Source: Candidatus Magasanikiibacteriota bacterium (GTDB lineage: Bacteria > Patescibacteriota > Patescibacteriia > Magasanikbacterales > UBA922). Taken from it: a stretch of 64,000 nt of DNA. Shown here in pieces: positions 1 through 8,834 of this stretch. Every line of letters starts with the position of its first letter. The stretch's first letter is position 1. The notes beneath the pieces were generated by a model. That model ran no database searches. It saw only the letters and a list, made by a program, of their open reading frames with translations, and had not been told where the DNA came from. Made by a program: the position numbers and the translations under genes. The DNA is taken from NCBI GenBank assembly GCA_016193335.1, contig JACPSK010000008.1:1589-65588 (forward strand). The letters are read 5' to 3'.

Positions 1-478
1 ATTTTATAAAAAAAAATATAATTTCAGTTTTGCGGGCCTGAAAACAGCCGCTTTATATTGGCTGAGAGACAATACGCTAAGCGTCACTCACCCAAGCGCT
101 ATGGCTACGCTGCCCGTGGGCATTACCGGAATCACGGGTGAAGGACCCACCCTGCAGGACTTTTGCGCCAGTTTTGAGCAAGCGATTGTGGATGTGCTCA
201 GCGAAAAAACCGCGAGAGCCATAGAAGAATACAAACCAAACTGTCTGATTTTGGGCGGTGGCGTTTCCGCGAACCCAAAACTACGCAGCAATCTTCAGAA
301 CCTGGGCAAAAACTGCGGTCTCGAACATATTCTCCTGCCTCCTCCCGGATATTCAATGGACAACGGAGCCATGATCGCTGTGGCAGGATATTACCAAACA
401 ATAAAAAAACAATACACAGACTGGAAAAACGTAAAAGTAAATCCAAATTGGGAGGCTTATGAAGAAAACAAAAATTGA
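1..478 (+). CDS. tsaD: tRNA N6-adenosine threonylcarbamoyltransferase TsaD, C-terminal part (5' end outside window)
   Basis: Frame is open from nt 2. Translation NFSFAGLKTAAL...CLILGGGVSANPKLRSNL...MDNGAMIAVAGY carries the FSFSGLKT and GGVSAN/DNGAMIA motifs of the Kae1/TsaD family. Stop at 476-478. Confidence 0.8.
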   Translation, partial: FYKKKYNFSFAGLKTAALYWLRDNTLSVTHPSAMATLPVGITGITGEGPTLQDFCASFEQAIVDVLSEKTARAIEEYKPNCLILGGGVSANPKLRSNLQNLGKNCGLEHILLPPPGYSMDNGAMIAVAGYYQTIKKQYTDWKNVKVNPNWEAYEENKN

Positions 479-508
479 ACACAATTCTTGATAATCAGCC
501 AAGGGCAG

Positions 509-537
509 TTGACAAAGAAGATGTCGATGGCTATCAT
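509..537 (+). promoter_or_regulatory. candidate sigma70-like promoter (TTGACA-17-TATCAT) upstream of prs
   Basis: TTGACA at 509-514, a 17-nt spacer, then TATCAT at 532-537. Confidence 0.35.
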
Positions 538-557
538 GCTCCTCATGATCATTCACA

Positions 558-588
558 AGCGGCCTTATAAAAAAGGGCCGCTTTCTTG
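558..588 (+). terminator. stem-loop plus T-rich tract in the tsaD-prs spacer (tsaD terminator or prs leader attenuator)
   Basis: AGCGGCC (558-564) pairs with GGCCGCT (576-582), followed by TTCTT. Confidence 0.35.
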
Positions 589-605
589 CAAGAAGGAGAG
601 TGAAG

Positions 606-1547
606 ATGCGAGACAGACTCATGGTCTTCGCGGGAAGGAGCCATCCGGCTTTCGCCCGCGCGATTTGCAGTGAACTCGGTATTGGACTGGGCAGGAGCAG
701 TGTGCACGAGTACTCCAACGAAAACTTGGAAGTGCGCGTGGACGAAAGTGTCCGCGGAGCGGACGTCTTTGTGGTGCAGACCAGCTGCCCGCCGGTGAAC
801 GAGGGAGTTGTTGAACTTCTGATGTTCATTGACGCCTTGAAAAAAGCTTCGGCAAACCGCGTAACCGCGGTAATGCCCTACTTCCCGTACGCACGCTCCG
901 ACAAAAAGGACAAACCCCGCATCTGCATCACCGCAGAGCTCATGGCTCGACTCCTGACCGCGGCAGGCGTTGACCGAGTGCTTACCATGGACTTGCATGC
1001 TCCACAGATCCAGGGTTTCTTCACAGAGATCCCGGCAGACCAGCTTCTGGCGAGAAAGACTATCGGGGACTACTGGCTGACTCGAGACCTGGGGAATCAT
1101 GTCATAGTCTCGGCTGATGCCGGACACGCCAAGGAAACCGGGCCCTTCGCCCAGCGCCTCAAGCTGCCGATGGCCATGATTGATAAACGTCGTACAGACG
1201 ACAGCGAACACCCCAAGCCGGTCGCCGTGATTGGAGACGTTACCGGCAAAGACTGCCTCATGTTTGATGACGAGGTCGCGAGCGCTGGCACACTCATCGA
1301 AGGAGCCGCCTTCCTCCGCCAGCATGGCGCCTTGTCGGTAAAGGCTACCTGCACTCACCCGGTGCTCACAGGACAAGCCTGTGCAAAGATCATGGCGAGC
1401 CTCATAGACGAGCTGGTGGTAACCGATACCATCCCCACCGACGGCAAGAAATTCCCCAAGCTCCGCGTGCTCTCGGTGGCACCGCTCTTTGCTCGGGCAA
1501 TTAGGAGTATCCACGGTGGAGAGAGCGTAAGCGAGCTTCTCTCCTAG
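606..1547 (+). CDS. prs: ribose-phosphate pyrophosphokinase (PRPP synthetase)
   Basis: Translation MRDRLMVFAGRSHPAFARAICSELGIGLG...VNEGVVELLMFIDALKKASANRVTAVMPYFPYARSDKKDKPR is typical Prs. AAGGAG lies 8 nt upstream of the ATG at 606; the track start at 600 is a GTG with no spacing to the RBS. Confidence 0.9.
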   Translation: MRDRLMVFAGRSHPAFARAICSELGIGLGRSSVHEYSNENLEVRVDESVRGADVFVVQTSCPPVNEGVVELLMFIDALKKASANRVTAVMPYFPYARSDKKDKPRICITAELMARLLTAAGVDRVLTMDLHAPQIQGFFTEIPADQLLARKTIGDYWLTRDLGNHVIVSADAGHAKETGPFAQRLKLPMAMIDKRRTDDSEHPKPVAVIGDVTGKDCLMFDDEVASAGTLIEGAAFLRQHGALSVKATCTHPVLTGQACAKIMASLIDELVVTDTIPTDGKKFPKLRVLSVAPLFARAIRSIHGGESVSELLS

Positions 1548-1620
1548 TGTCGAGAACCGAACTCCGCGGTCCTCGATCAAAAAAGCCGCGTCTTTAGAAG
1601 ACCGGCTTCATTGTTTAATT

Positions 1621-1657
1621 AGAGCCCCGGCTTAAAAATAATTTTGAGCCGGGCTCT
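1621..1657. terminator. hairpin between convergent prs and dnaE (candidate bidirectional terminator)
   Basis: AGAGCCCCGGCT and GAGCCGGGCTCT form a near-perfect 12-bp stem around an A/T loop. Confidence 0.35.
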
Positions 1658-1666
1658 AGAGATAAT

Positions 1667-4600
1667 TCACTCAAAAACTTCAATGCTTTTGTCTCCGAGG
1701 AGGCTCTTCAATTCTCCCTCCAATACAGCATTCCATGAGACTTTTGTCTCTGTTTTTATTTTTTTCCCCATAATATCCAAATATACCCGATATTCGCCGC
1801 AATGACGCTCGAATAGGTTCTTGAGAGCCTGGGTGTGAATTTTGAGTTCTTCCTGTGTTAAAGATATGCGCAAAGACTTGGCAAACACTTCTTTAGTTTG
1901 AGATTCAAGATGTTGCGCGCCAAAACGAAGTTTCTGTTTCACTGCTTCGAGTTTGTCTTTGCTAAGCAGATACACATTTTCCACAAAAATTTTATTGTCT
2001 CCATCTTCTTTTGGAACACGACCCACGACACAGACAATCTCTCCTTCTTTCCAAATATCTTTGCTTTCTTCAAATTTTCTGGGAAATACCAAAAGCTCCA
2101 TAGAGCCGCTCTGATCTTGGATAGTCGCGAACATCATCACAGAACCCTTTTTGGTAATTTTCTTTTTTGTGACGTCTATCACACCACCTATCACCACCCA
2201 GGCGTCAGGCCGACAAAATTCCAGATCTTTTAAAGGAATAATAATACCCTTCAATTGTTCTTCAAAATCCGCGAAAGGATGAGAAGAAACATAGAGGCCA
2301 AGCAAATTTTTTTCCCAACGCAATTTTTCTTCAATGCTCAAAACAGGAGCCTCCTTAAGCACCACCTTTGAATCCAATGAAATGCCCGTGCCGCTAAATA
2401 AAGAATTCTGATTGCTTGTTTTTCGTTCTTTTGACTGCCTCAGAAAAAAGAGAATATGTTCAATGTTGGCAAACAAAAGACCCCGCTCATGTCCAAAACA
2501 ATCAAGGGCACCGGATTGAATCAGACTTTCCAAAGATTTTTTGTTTAGATCTTTATCTTGAATGCGTTCGAGAAACTGTTCCACATTTTGGTAGTTCCCC
2601 TGTTCTTTGCGTTCCCGATATATCACTTCTGAAATATGTTCGCCAAGCCCTTTGATAGAACTGAGTCCGAAACGAATACGGCCCGCTTCGCCCGGCTTTG
2701 AAACCATGGCAAAATTTCTAAAACTCTCATTCACATCAGGAGGCAAAACTTGTATCTTCATTCGATCGCATTCATGGACAATCGCCGCGACTTTTTCTGT
2801 GTCATTGGCTTCGGCTTGCAAAACCGCGGTCATATATTGTACCGGATAATGAGCCTTCAAATAAGCGGTTTGGTAGGCCACTATCCCATAGCTCGCCGCG
2901 TGCGCTTTGTTGAATCCATAAGCCGCAAAAGGTTCTATCGCTCGCCACAATTCGTCAATAACCGATTGCTTCAAATTGCCATGGTCTCTGCATCCCTGAT
3001 AAAATTTGATTTTTTGTTTGGCCATCTCTTCAGGAATTTTCTTTCCCATGGCTTTCCTGAATTTGTCCGCTTCCATCCAATCATAGCCGGCGAGTTCTAT
3101 GGCAGTAAGCATAACATCGTCCTGATACACCAGAAGTCCATATGAAGCGTCCAATATTTTTTCCAAACGAGGATCTGGGTACAATATTGATTCTCTATGG
3201 TGTTTTCTGCGTACATATTCGGGAATAGATTCCATAGGGCCCGGACGATACAGGGCCACCATGGCCATAATATCTTCTATGCGGTCCGGTTTCAATTCTT
3301 TAAGCCAACGAGTCATCCCAGAGCCTGAGAGCTGAAAAACGCCGGCAGTTTCTCCGCGCGCAAGCATTTCAAATGTTTTCTTATCATCCAAGGGCAGATT
3401 GTAGATATCAATTTCATCCCCTGTCGTCTTTTTTACGATTTCAACCGCGTTTCCGAGAATCGCCAGATTTCGTATGCCCAAAAAATCATTTTTTAAAACA
3501 CCGGCCGCTTCCACGGATTTCATTTCATACTGGGTGATAATTTTTTCACCTCCGGTTTCTCTTTGCACAGGGCTGAAGTCAGTGAGAGCGCTTGGAGCTA
3601 TCACCACCCCGGCCGCGTGAATGGATGTATGGCGCGCGCAGCCCTCCACTTTGCGCGCAAGATCCAAAAGACGCTTAACGTCAGCATTTGAGTCATAAAG
3701 CTTTTTCAAATCCGGCTCCTCCTTGAGCGCCCGCTCTATGGTCATGGGGAATCCCTGAGCCCCGGGAGGGATCAATTTCGCCACTTGATCACAAAAATTG
3801 TAAGACAGGCCAAGAGCTCTGCCCACATCCCGAACACTGGCCCTCGCCGCCATAGTCCCAAAAGTGATAATTTGCGCTACCTTGTCTTCACCATATTTTT
3901 TGGTTACATATTCTATCATTTCTTCACGACGATCATCAGCAAAATCAGTATCAATGTCCGGAGGACTCGGCCGAAAGGGATTCAAAAAACGTTCAAAGGG
4001 CAACTTGAATCTGATAGGATCAACCGTAGTGATACCCAAGACATAAGACACCAGAGAACCGGCGGCAGATCCTCTCGTAGATTCTACAATGCCATGAGAT
4101 TTGGCATAACGCACATAATCCGCCACGCACAAAAAATACGGAGAATAACCTTTGTTTTTTATAATATCAAGCTCATATTCCAAACGTTTGCCGATTGAGG
4201 GCGGCATTTCTGGATAAAAATGGGGAGCATAAGAAAAACTCTCTTCACGCAAAACATCGTCAGCGGTCTTCCCCTCGGGTATCTGTACCGGAGCGAAATG
4301 CCAAGTATTCAACTCAATTTCGAGATCTATCCGATCCGCGATCAATCCGGTGTTGGATAGAGCTTCTGGCACATGTTTAAAACGTGAAGCTATATCATCT
4401 TTCATATTGAGCGAACGATCGACATAACGATAATCCGCCCTATTGCTTTGATGTACGTTCCAGCCTTGCCCTATGCAGGTAAGAATGTCTTGGGCTTCGG
4501 CGTCTGGAGCATCCAAATAATGTACGTCTCTCGTGATTACCATCGGCAGGCCGCTTTCTTTGGCCAGTTCAATGAGTTTTGTATTAACTTCCATTTGTCC

Positions 4601-5188
4601 GGGCAGGGCGGGATGATCTTCCAATTCCAAATAAAAATAATCCTTCCCAAATATATCTGCGTATTCCTCTGCTGCTGCTCGTGCTTTTTCTTTTTTTTGT
4701 AATCTCAAGAGACCAGGTATCTCGCCCTCCAAAGGCCCTGATAAAGCGATCACATGCTGGTGATATTGTCGCAGAAGAGCTTTATCAATACGTGGTTTGC
4801 CTTCAAAAAAACCTTCAAGGTGCCCCAGAGAACTCAGCTTCATGAGATTACGATAGCCAATATAATTCTCAGCAAGCAAAATGAGATGATGAGCTTCTTT
4901 GTCTTCTTGGGGATCTTTGTCAAAACGGCTTCTCGGAGCCACGAAGGCTTCAAATCCTAAAATAGGTTTTATAGCTTCTTTTTTGCAGGTTTCATAAAAT
5001 TCAATGGCCCCGTACATGGAGCCGGAGTCTGTAAGAGCGAGTGCCTTAAAACCGCGTTCTTTGGCCGCTTTCACGAGCGGCTTGATTTTGGACAAACCAT
5101 CCAGCAAAGAATAATGCGAGTGTACATGGAGATGAGTGAAATCTTGCATAATAGCTACCATGGTATACCATCCTGTCGTCTGAATCAA
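1667..5188 (-). CDS. dnaE: DNA polymerase III alpha subunit
   Basis: PHP-domain N-terminus MQDFTHLHVHSHYSLLDGLSKIKPLVKAAKERGFKALALTDSGSMYG, about 1170 aa. Start is ambiguous: TTG at 5188, ATG at 5161 or ATG at 5149. Confidence 0.9.
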   Translation of the reverse strand: MIQTTGWYTMVAIMQDFTHLHVHSHYSLLDGLSKIKPLVKAAKERGFKALALTDSGSMYGAIEFYETCKKEAIKPILGFEAFVAPRSRFDKDPQEDKEAHHLILLAENYIGYRNLMKLSSLGHLEGFFEGKPRIDKALLRQYHQHVIALSGPLEGEIPGLLRLQKKEKARAAAEEYADIFGKDYFYLELEDHPALPGQMEVNTKLIELAKESGLPMVITRDVHYLDAPDAEAQDILTCIGQGWNVHQSNRADYRYVDRSLNMKDDIASRFKHVPEALSNTGLIADRIDLEIELNTWHFAPVQIPEGKTADDVLREESFSYAPHFYPEMPPSIGKRLEYELDIIKNKGYSPYFLCVADYVRYAKSHGIVESTRGSAAGSLVSYVLGITTVDPIRFKLPFERFLNPFRPSPPDIDTDFADDRREEMIEYVTKKYGEDKVAQIITFGTMAARASVRDVGRALGLSYNFCDQVAKLIPPGAQGFPMTIERALKEEPDLKKLYDSNADVKRLLDLARKVEGCARHTSIHAAGVVIAPSALTDFSPVQRETGGEKIITQYEMKSVEAAGVLKNDFLGIRNLAILGNAVEIVKKTTGDEIDIYNLPLDDKKTFEMLARGETAGVFQLSGSGMTRWLKELKPDRIEDIMAMVALYRPGPMESIPEYVRRKHHRESILYPDPRLEKILDASYGLLVYQDDVMLTAIELAGYDWMEADKFRKAMGKKIPEEMAKQKIKFYQGCRDHGNLKQSVIDELWRAIEPFAAYGFNKAHAASYGIVAYQTAYLKAHYPVQYMTAVLQAEANDTEKVAAIVHECDRMKIQVLPPDVNESFRNFAMVSKPGEAGRIRFGLSSIKGLGEHISEVIYRERKEQGNYQNVEQFLERIQDKDLNKKSLESLIQSGALDCFGHERGLLFANIEHILFFLRQSKERKTSNQNSLFSGTGISLDSKVVLKEAPVLSIEEKLRWEKNLLGLYVSSHPFADFEEQLKGIIIPLKDLEFCRPDAWVVIGGVIDVTKKKITKKGSVMMFATIQDQSGSMELLVFPRKFEESKDIWKEGEIVCVVGRVPKEDGDNKIFVENVYLLSKDKLEAVKQKLRFGAQHLESQTKEVFAKSLRISLTQEELKIHTQALKNLFERHCGEYRVYLDIMGKKIKTETKVSWNAVLEGELKSLLGDKSIEVFE

Positions 5189-5579
5189 CCGCGGAAAAGA
5201 CGAAAAAAAGTTCTTTGCAATTCTGGATCTTTACAATATTTTGCAGATTATGATACGCTAGTGTGGTATTAGAGACAAAAATGGTATGAATTCAGAAAAC
5301 ACTATTCCAGACTTACTGACGGGTATGGGTGAAACCTTTAAAAAATTAAAATATGAAAATACCAATACATAGACTTCTTGAATCACTTGGTATCCAAGAT
5401 TTAGTCCTTGATACTCCAGAAGATGTAAGCAGAGTTAAAATGGAATTAGATAAAGTAATTAAAAAACAAGAAGATGAAAAAACAGTGGAAAATAAATAGT
5501 ACCGCTGCTCCTCAACTAGAAAAATCTATTGTTGAAGTCTCCAGGTCCGAATAAGTAAGTAATTAATAAAGTTATATAT

Positions 5580-6254
5580 ATGAAGAAACTCATTATCCTC
5601 TCTTCTCTGGTTCTCTTGGCAGGAGCAGGCTGTTCGCAAGCGAGCCTGGAACCAAAAAATGATAGAACAAGCGAGCCAACAGAAAATACAGCAGACAAAC
5701 AAGAAGGAGCTACTGAAGAAAAAAGTGATGAACCAAAAAATGAAACGGCTGTGACGACTACAGATTCCGAGAATGAAAAAACAGAATCCGGAATGAATGT
5801 TGAAGCAGAGATAAAAGCTAATATAGAGACCAAAACTTCCAATGAGGAAAAACCAGAGGAAATAAAAGAACCTGCGCAAGCAAGTTCAAAGTCTGATGCA
5901 GGCGCAAAAACAGAAGTAGAGACAACACCGGCAGCCTCTTCGGATAAAACAACAAACTCTGGCCAAGAAGCAACTCAAAGCACAAAAGAATTTTCAATTA
6001 CCGCGAAAAAATGGGAATTCGTCCCTTCCACTATCACGGTGAATAAGGGAGACAAAGTGCGATTGGTGGTGCAAAGCCTTGATGTGGACCATGGTTTTGC
6101 CATTTCAGAATTCGGGATAAAAAGGACTCTGAAACCGGGGCAAAGTGAAACCGTTGAGTTCATGGCAGATGCCTCTGGCAGCTTCTCTTTCTTTTGTTCT
6201 GTTTCTTGCGGTTCTGGACACAGCTCTATGAAAGGCACGCTTATTGTTAATTAA
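5580..6254 (+). CDS. lipoprotein with C-terminal CuA-type cupredoxin domain (cytochrome oxidase subunit II-like)
   Basis: Signal peptide with lipobox (LLAGAGC). An E/K/T-rich linker. The C-terminus DVDHGFAI...KPGQSETVEF...FFCSVSCGSGHSSMKG gives the COX2/N2OR CuA ligand pattern H...C-x3-C-x3-H-x2-M. Confidence 0.6.
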   Translation: MKKLIILSSLVLLAGAGCSQASLEPKNDRTSEPTENTADKQEGATEEKSDEPKNETAVTTTDSENEKTESGMNVEAEIKANIETKTSNEEKPEEIKEPAQASSKSDAGAKTEVETTPAASSDKTTNSGQEATQSTKEFSITAKKWEFVPSTITVNKGDKVRLVVQSLDVDHGFAISEFGIKRTLKPGQSETVEFMADASGSFSFFCSVSCGSGHSSMKGTLIVN

Positions 6255-6352
6255 TCTGACGGAAAACGGATTCAGAATCGAAAAAATATCTAAAGTCTCA
6301 TGCACCCGCGAGAATATGAGATACAAAGACGGAAACCTCAAGCAAAAAACGC

Positions 6353-6381
6353 TTGACGAAATATTAAAACGGCGCTATACT
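6353..6381 (+). promoter_or_regulatory. sigma70-like promoter TTGACG-17-TATACT upstream of the CBS-transporter pair
   Basis: TTGACG at 6353-6358, a 17-nt spacer, TATACT at 6376-6381, about 38 nt before the ATG at 6419. Confidence 0.5.
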
Positions 6382-6418
6382 GGCGCTGTTTTGTTGGGCT
6401 AATTTTTAATTTTCTCGT

Positions 6419-6889
6419 ATGTCGGACAAAAAATATACGGTAAACGAATATATGCGTAGCGAAGTCGTTACTCTTCCGCCAACCGCCACCATGCGCGAAG
6501 CGGTAGAAACCATGTTGCGCACCAAAACCAATGGTACGGTCGTGGTTGACAATAGCCATAAGGTGGTAGGTATTCTTTCAAGCTGGGACTTTATCCAGTA
6601 TATTGTCCCGGACTACCTGGAAGAGGACAAACACCTGGCCGCTTTTGAATCCGGCGATGTTTTTGTTGAGCGGGTCAAGGAATTACAAAATGATCCGATC
6701 AGCAAATTTATGTCGTCCAAAGTGCATACCTGCAAAGCCGATCACTCACTTATGGAGGCGGCGACCTTGCTTTCAGAATTTCGGATCCGCCAGTTACCGG
6801 TAGTCGACGACAAGGGTATCCTCGTGGGATATATAAACCGGACAGATATCAAAAAAGCCATCGCCGACGTACTCGGCATTTCCATGTAA
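6419..6889 (+). CDS. CBS domain-pair protein
   Basis: Two CBS-like segments (VVTLPPTATMREAVETMLRTKTNGTVVVDNSHKVVGILSSWD and VHTCKADHSLMEAATLLSEFRIRQLPVVDDKGILVGYINRTD). Confidence 0.7.
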   Translation: MSDKKYTVNEYMRSEVVTLPPTATMREAVETMLRTKTNGTVVVDNSHKVVGILSSWDFIQYIVPDYLEEDKHLAAFESGDVFVERVKELQNDPISKFMSSKVHTCKADHSLMEAATLLSEFRIRQLPVVDDKGILVGYINRTDIKKAIADVLGISM

Positions 6890-6913
6890 TTCCCATAATT
6901 TTTGAACATTTCT

Positions 6914-8188
6914 ATGTCGGCCATGTTTACCACCGCGATCATACTTTTTGTCGTTACCTACGTCATCATCATCTCGGAAAAAATACACCGCACGATCATA
7001 GCGCTTATCGGCGCGGCACTCATGGTGCTCCTTGGCGTCATCAACCAGAAACAGGCAATCGAGGGCATTGATTTTAATACACTCGGTCTTTTGATCGGCA
7101 TGATGATCGTCGTCGGCATCGCCAAACAGAGCGGCGTGTTCCAATACGTTGCCATCTGGGCGGCCAAAATGGGACGCGGCAAACCAATTCCGATTTTTCT
7201 GCTCTTGGGCGCGATCGTCGCCATTTTCTCGGCCTTTCTCGACAACGTCACCACGGTGCTTCTCATGGTGCCTGTTACCTTTGTCGTCACCAATAATCTT
7301 AAAATCAATCCCAAACCATTTTTGATTGGCACGATTCTACTCTCGAATATCGGCGGCACGGCCACCTTGATCGGTGATCCTCCAAACATCCTAATCGGCA
7401 GTGCGGCAGGTCTGACCTTTAATCAATTCCTGTCCAACTTGGCCCCGATCTCTCTCATTGTGACTGTCATTACACTTGGACTGCTCTATCTGTGGTATCG
7501 TAATGAACTGGTTGCTACTCCCGAAGCACAGGCCACGGTCATGAAATTCGATCCAAAAGAGGCGATCAGCAACCCATCCATCCTCGTAAAATCCTTAATC
7601 GTGCTCGGGCTTGTCCTTATCGGCTTCTTCACTCATAGCCTCACTCACCTTGAAGGCGCCACGATCGCCTTGGCCGGTGCCGCACTCCTTATGCTTATCA
7701 CCGTTCATGAGCCGGATGAACATCTGCGCAACGTGGAATGGAGCACCATCTACTTTTTTATCGGATTGTTCATTCTCGTTACCGGACTTGAAGAAGTCGG
7801 CGCCATCCGCATGCTCGCCGAGAGACTCCTCGAAGCAACCGGTGGCAACATGGCAGCCACAACTATCGCGGTTCTTTGGGGCTCGGCTATATTCTCAGCG
7901 GTCGTTGACAACATTCCCTTCGTTGCGACTATGATTCCACTCATTAAGGATGTCGGCGCTATCTCGGGCCTGCCGCTCCTGCCGCTCTGGTGGGCGCTTG
8001 CGCTCGGTGCGGATATCGGCGGCAATGCCACTATCGTCGGCGCCTCAGCCAATGTGGTCGTCAGCGGACTCGCGGGCCGCGAAGGCCACAAAATCGGTTT
8101 CGGCGAGTACATGAAAACCGCTGTACCACTTACGGTCATCGGTCTGATTGTCTGCACTATCTATATCTATGTGCGATACCTGATTTAA
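6914..8188 (+). CDS. anion/ion permease of the ArsB/NhaD (CitMHS-like) superfamily
   Basis: Polytopic membrane protein with the LIGDPPNILIG signature of the ArsB/NhaD permease fold. ATG at 6914 is preferred over the TTG at 6902. Confidence 0.65.
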   Translation: MSAMFTTAIILFVVTYVIIISEKIHRTIIALIGAALMVLLGVINQKQAIEGIDFNTLGLLIGMMIVVGIAKQSGVFQYVAIWAAKMGRGKPIPIFLLLGAIVAIFSAFLDNVTTVLLMVPVTFVVTNNLKINPKPFLIGTILLSNIGGTATLIGDPPNILIGSAAGLTFNQFLSNLAPISLIVTVITLGLLYLWYRNELVATPEAQATVMKFDPKEAISNPSILVKSLIVLGLVLIGFFTHSLTHLEGATIALAGAALLMLITVHEPDEHLRNVEWSTIYFFIGLFILVTGLEEVGAIRMLAERLLEATGGNMAATTIAVLWGSAIFSAVVDNIPFVATMIPLIKDVGAISGLPLLPLWWALALGADIGGNATIVGASANVVVSGLAGREGHKIGFGEYMKTAVPLTVIGLIVCTIYIYVRYLI

Positions 8189-8204
8189 ATCTAAAATATA
8201 CAAA

Positions 8205-8251
8205 AATCTAAAGAAACGAGCCGGCATTTTGCCGACTCGTTTCTTTAGATT
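8205..8251. terminator. bidirectional intrinsic terminator between convergent genes
   Basis: AATCTAAAGAAACGAG (8205-8220) and CTCGTTTCTTTAGATT (8236-8251) form a perfect 16-bp stem. The loop CCGGCATTTTGCCGA can extend the helix. Confidence 0.6.
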
Positions 8252-8269
8252 AAGTCCTCCACCATATTT

Positions 8270-8629
8270 TTATTTTTTTGAAGATCCAAAAAATTTTTTG
8301 TTTTTCCGCTTTTTTTTCTCTATCCCCATTCCTTCAAGCCTGTCTTCAAGTTTTCCCGATAACTTCCCTATGACAAATTTATCCACTAAGGTTGACATCA
8401 TCTTGCCTACAAAACCCATCTTGCCGCTGAGGCTATCTACTTTACCTTTTATAAATTCCATGGCATCGGCGATGAGCTCCAATTTCTGCGTTACATTTTC
8501 AATAATAGTATTAGCGTTACGCAGAACCCGAGCGGCTTGGTATAAAAGCCAGCAGAGAAACACCGTAAACCACAATATGGAAAGCGACAAGACAATATAG
8601 AGCAAATCTTGACTTGTACTAAAAAACAT
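8270..8629 (-). CDS. small membrane-anchored coiled-coil protein (DUF948/YtxG-like architecture)
   Basis: N-terminal TM helix (LLYIVLSLSILWFTVFLCWLLY), then a charged helical region. GGAGG lies about 9 nt upstream of the ATG. Confidence 0.4.
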   Translation of the reverse strand: MFFSTSQDLLYIVLSLSILWFTVFLCWLLYQAARVLRNANTIIENVTQKLELIADAMEFIKGKVDSLSGKMGFVGKMMSTLVDKFVIGKLSGKLEDRLEGMGIEKKKRKNKKFFGSSKK

Positions 8630-8834
8630 ACAGCACTCCCCTCCATCTCGATGACAGGCATTTTGTACAACGAAATGGTTTAAAAATAAGAGATCTGAAA
8701 CGCGCGGACTTGTTTTGTATCTTATATTTGGAATTTTGATCCAAAAGACAATGCAACACTAAACATAGTATAACACAAGAATGGAATCAGAACCAATGAA
8801 ACTGCCTGTGAACAAATGGCGCATTGTTCATTGA

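Noticed and set aside
1898-4960. Multiple plus-strand ORFs of 60-137 aa inside dnaE, and similar antisense ORFs inside smc, pheT, the giant T4SS gene and secY.
   Set aside because: They are embedded antisense in well-supported long genes. Lysine-, phenylalanine- and isoleucine-rich low-complexity translations are typical of AT-rich antisense frames.
5353-5499. A 48-aa ORF (MKIPIHRLLESLGIQDLVLDTPEDVSRVKMELDKVIKKQEDEKTVENK) in the dnaE/lipoprotein divergent spacer.
   Set aside because: No RBS, no recognisable motif, and below the size where coding can be argued from sequence alone. Possible, but unsupported.
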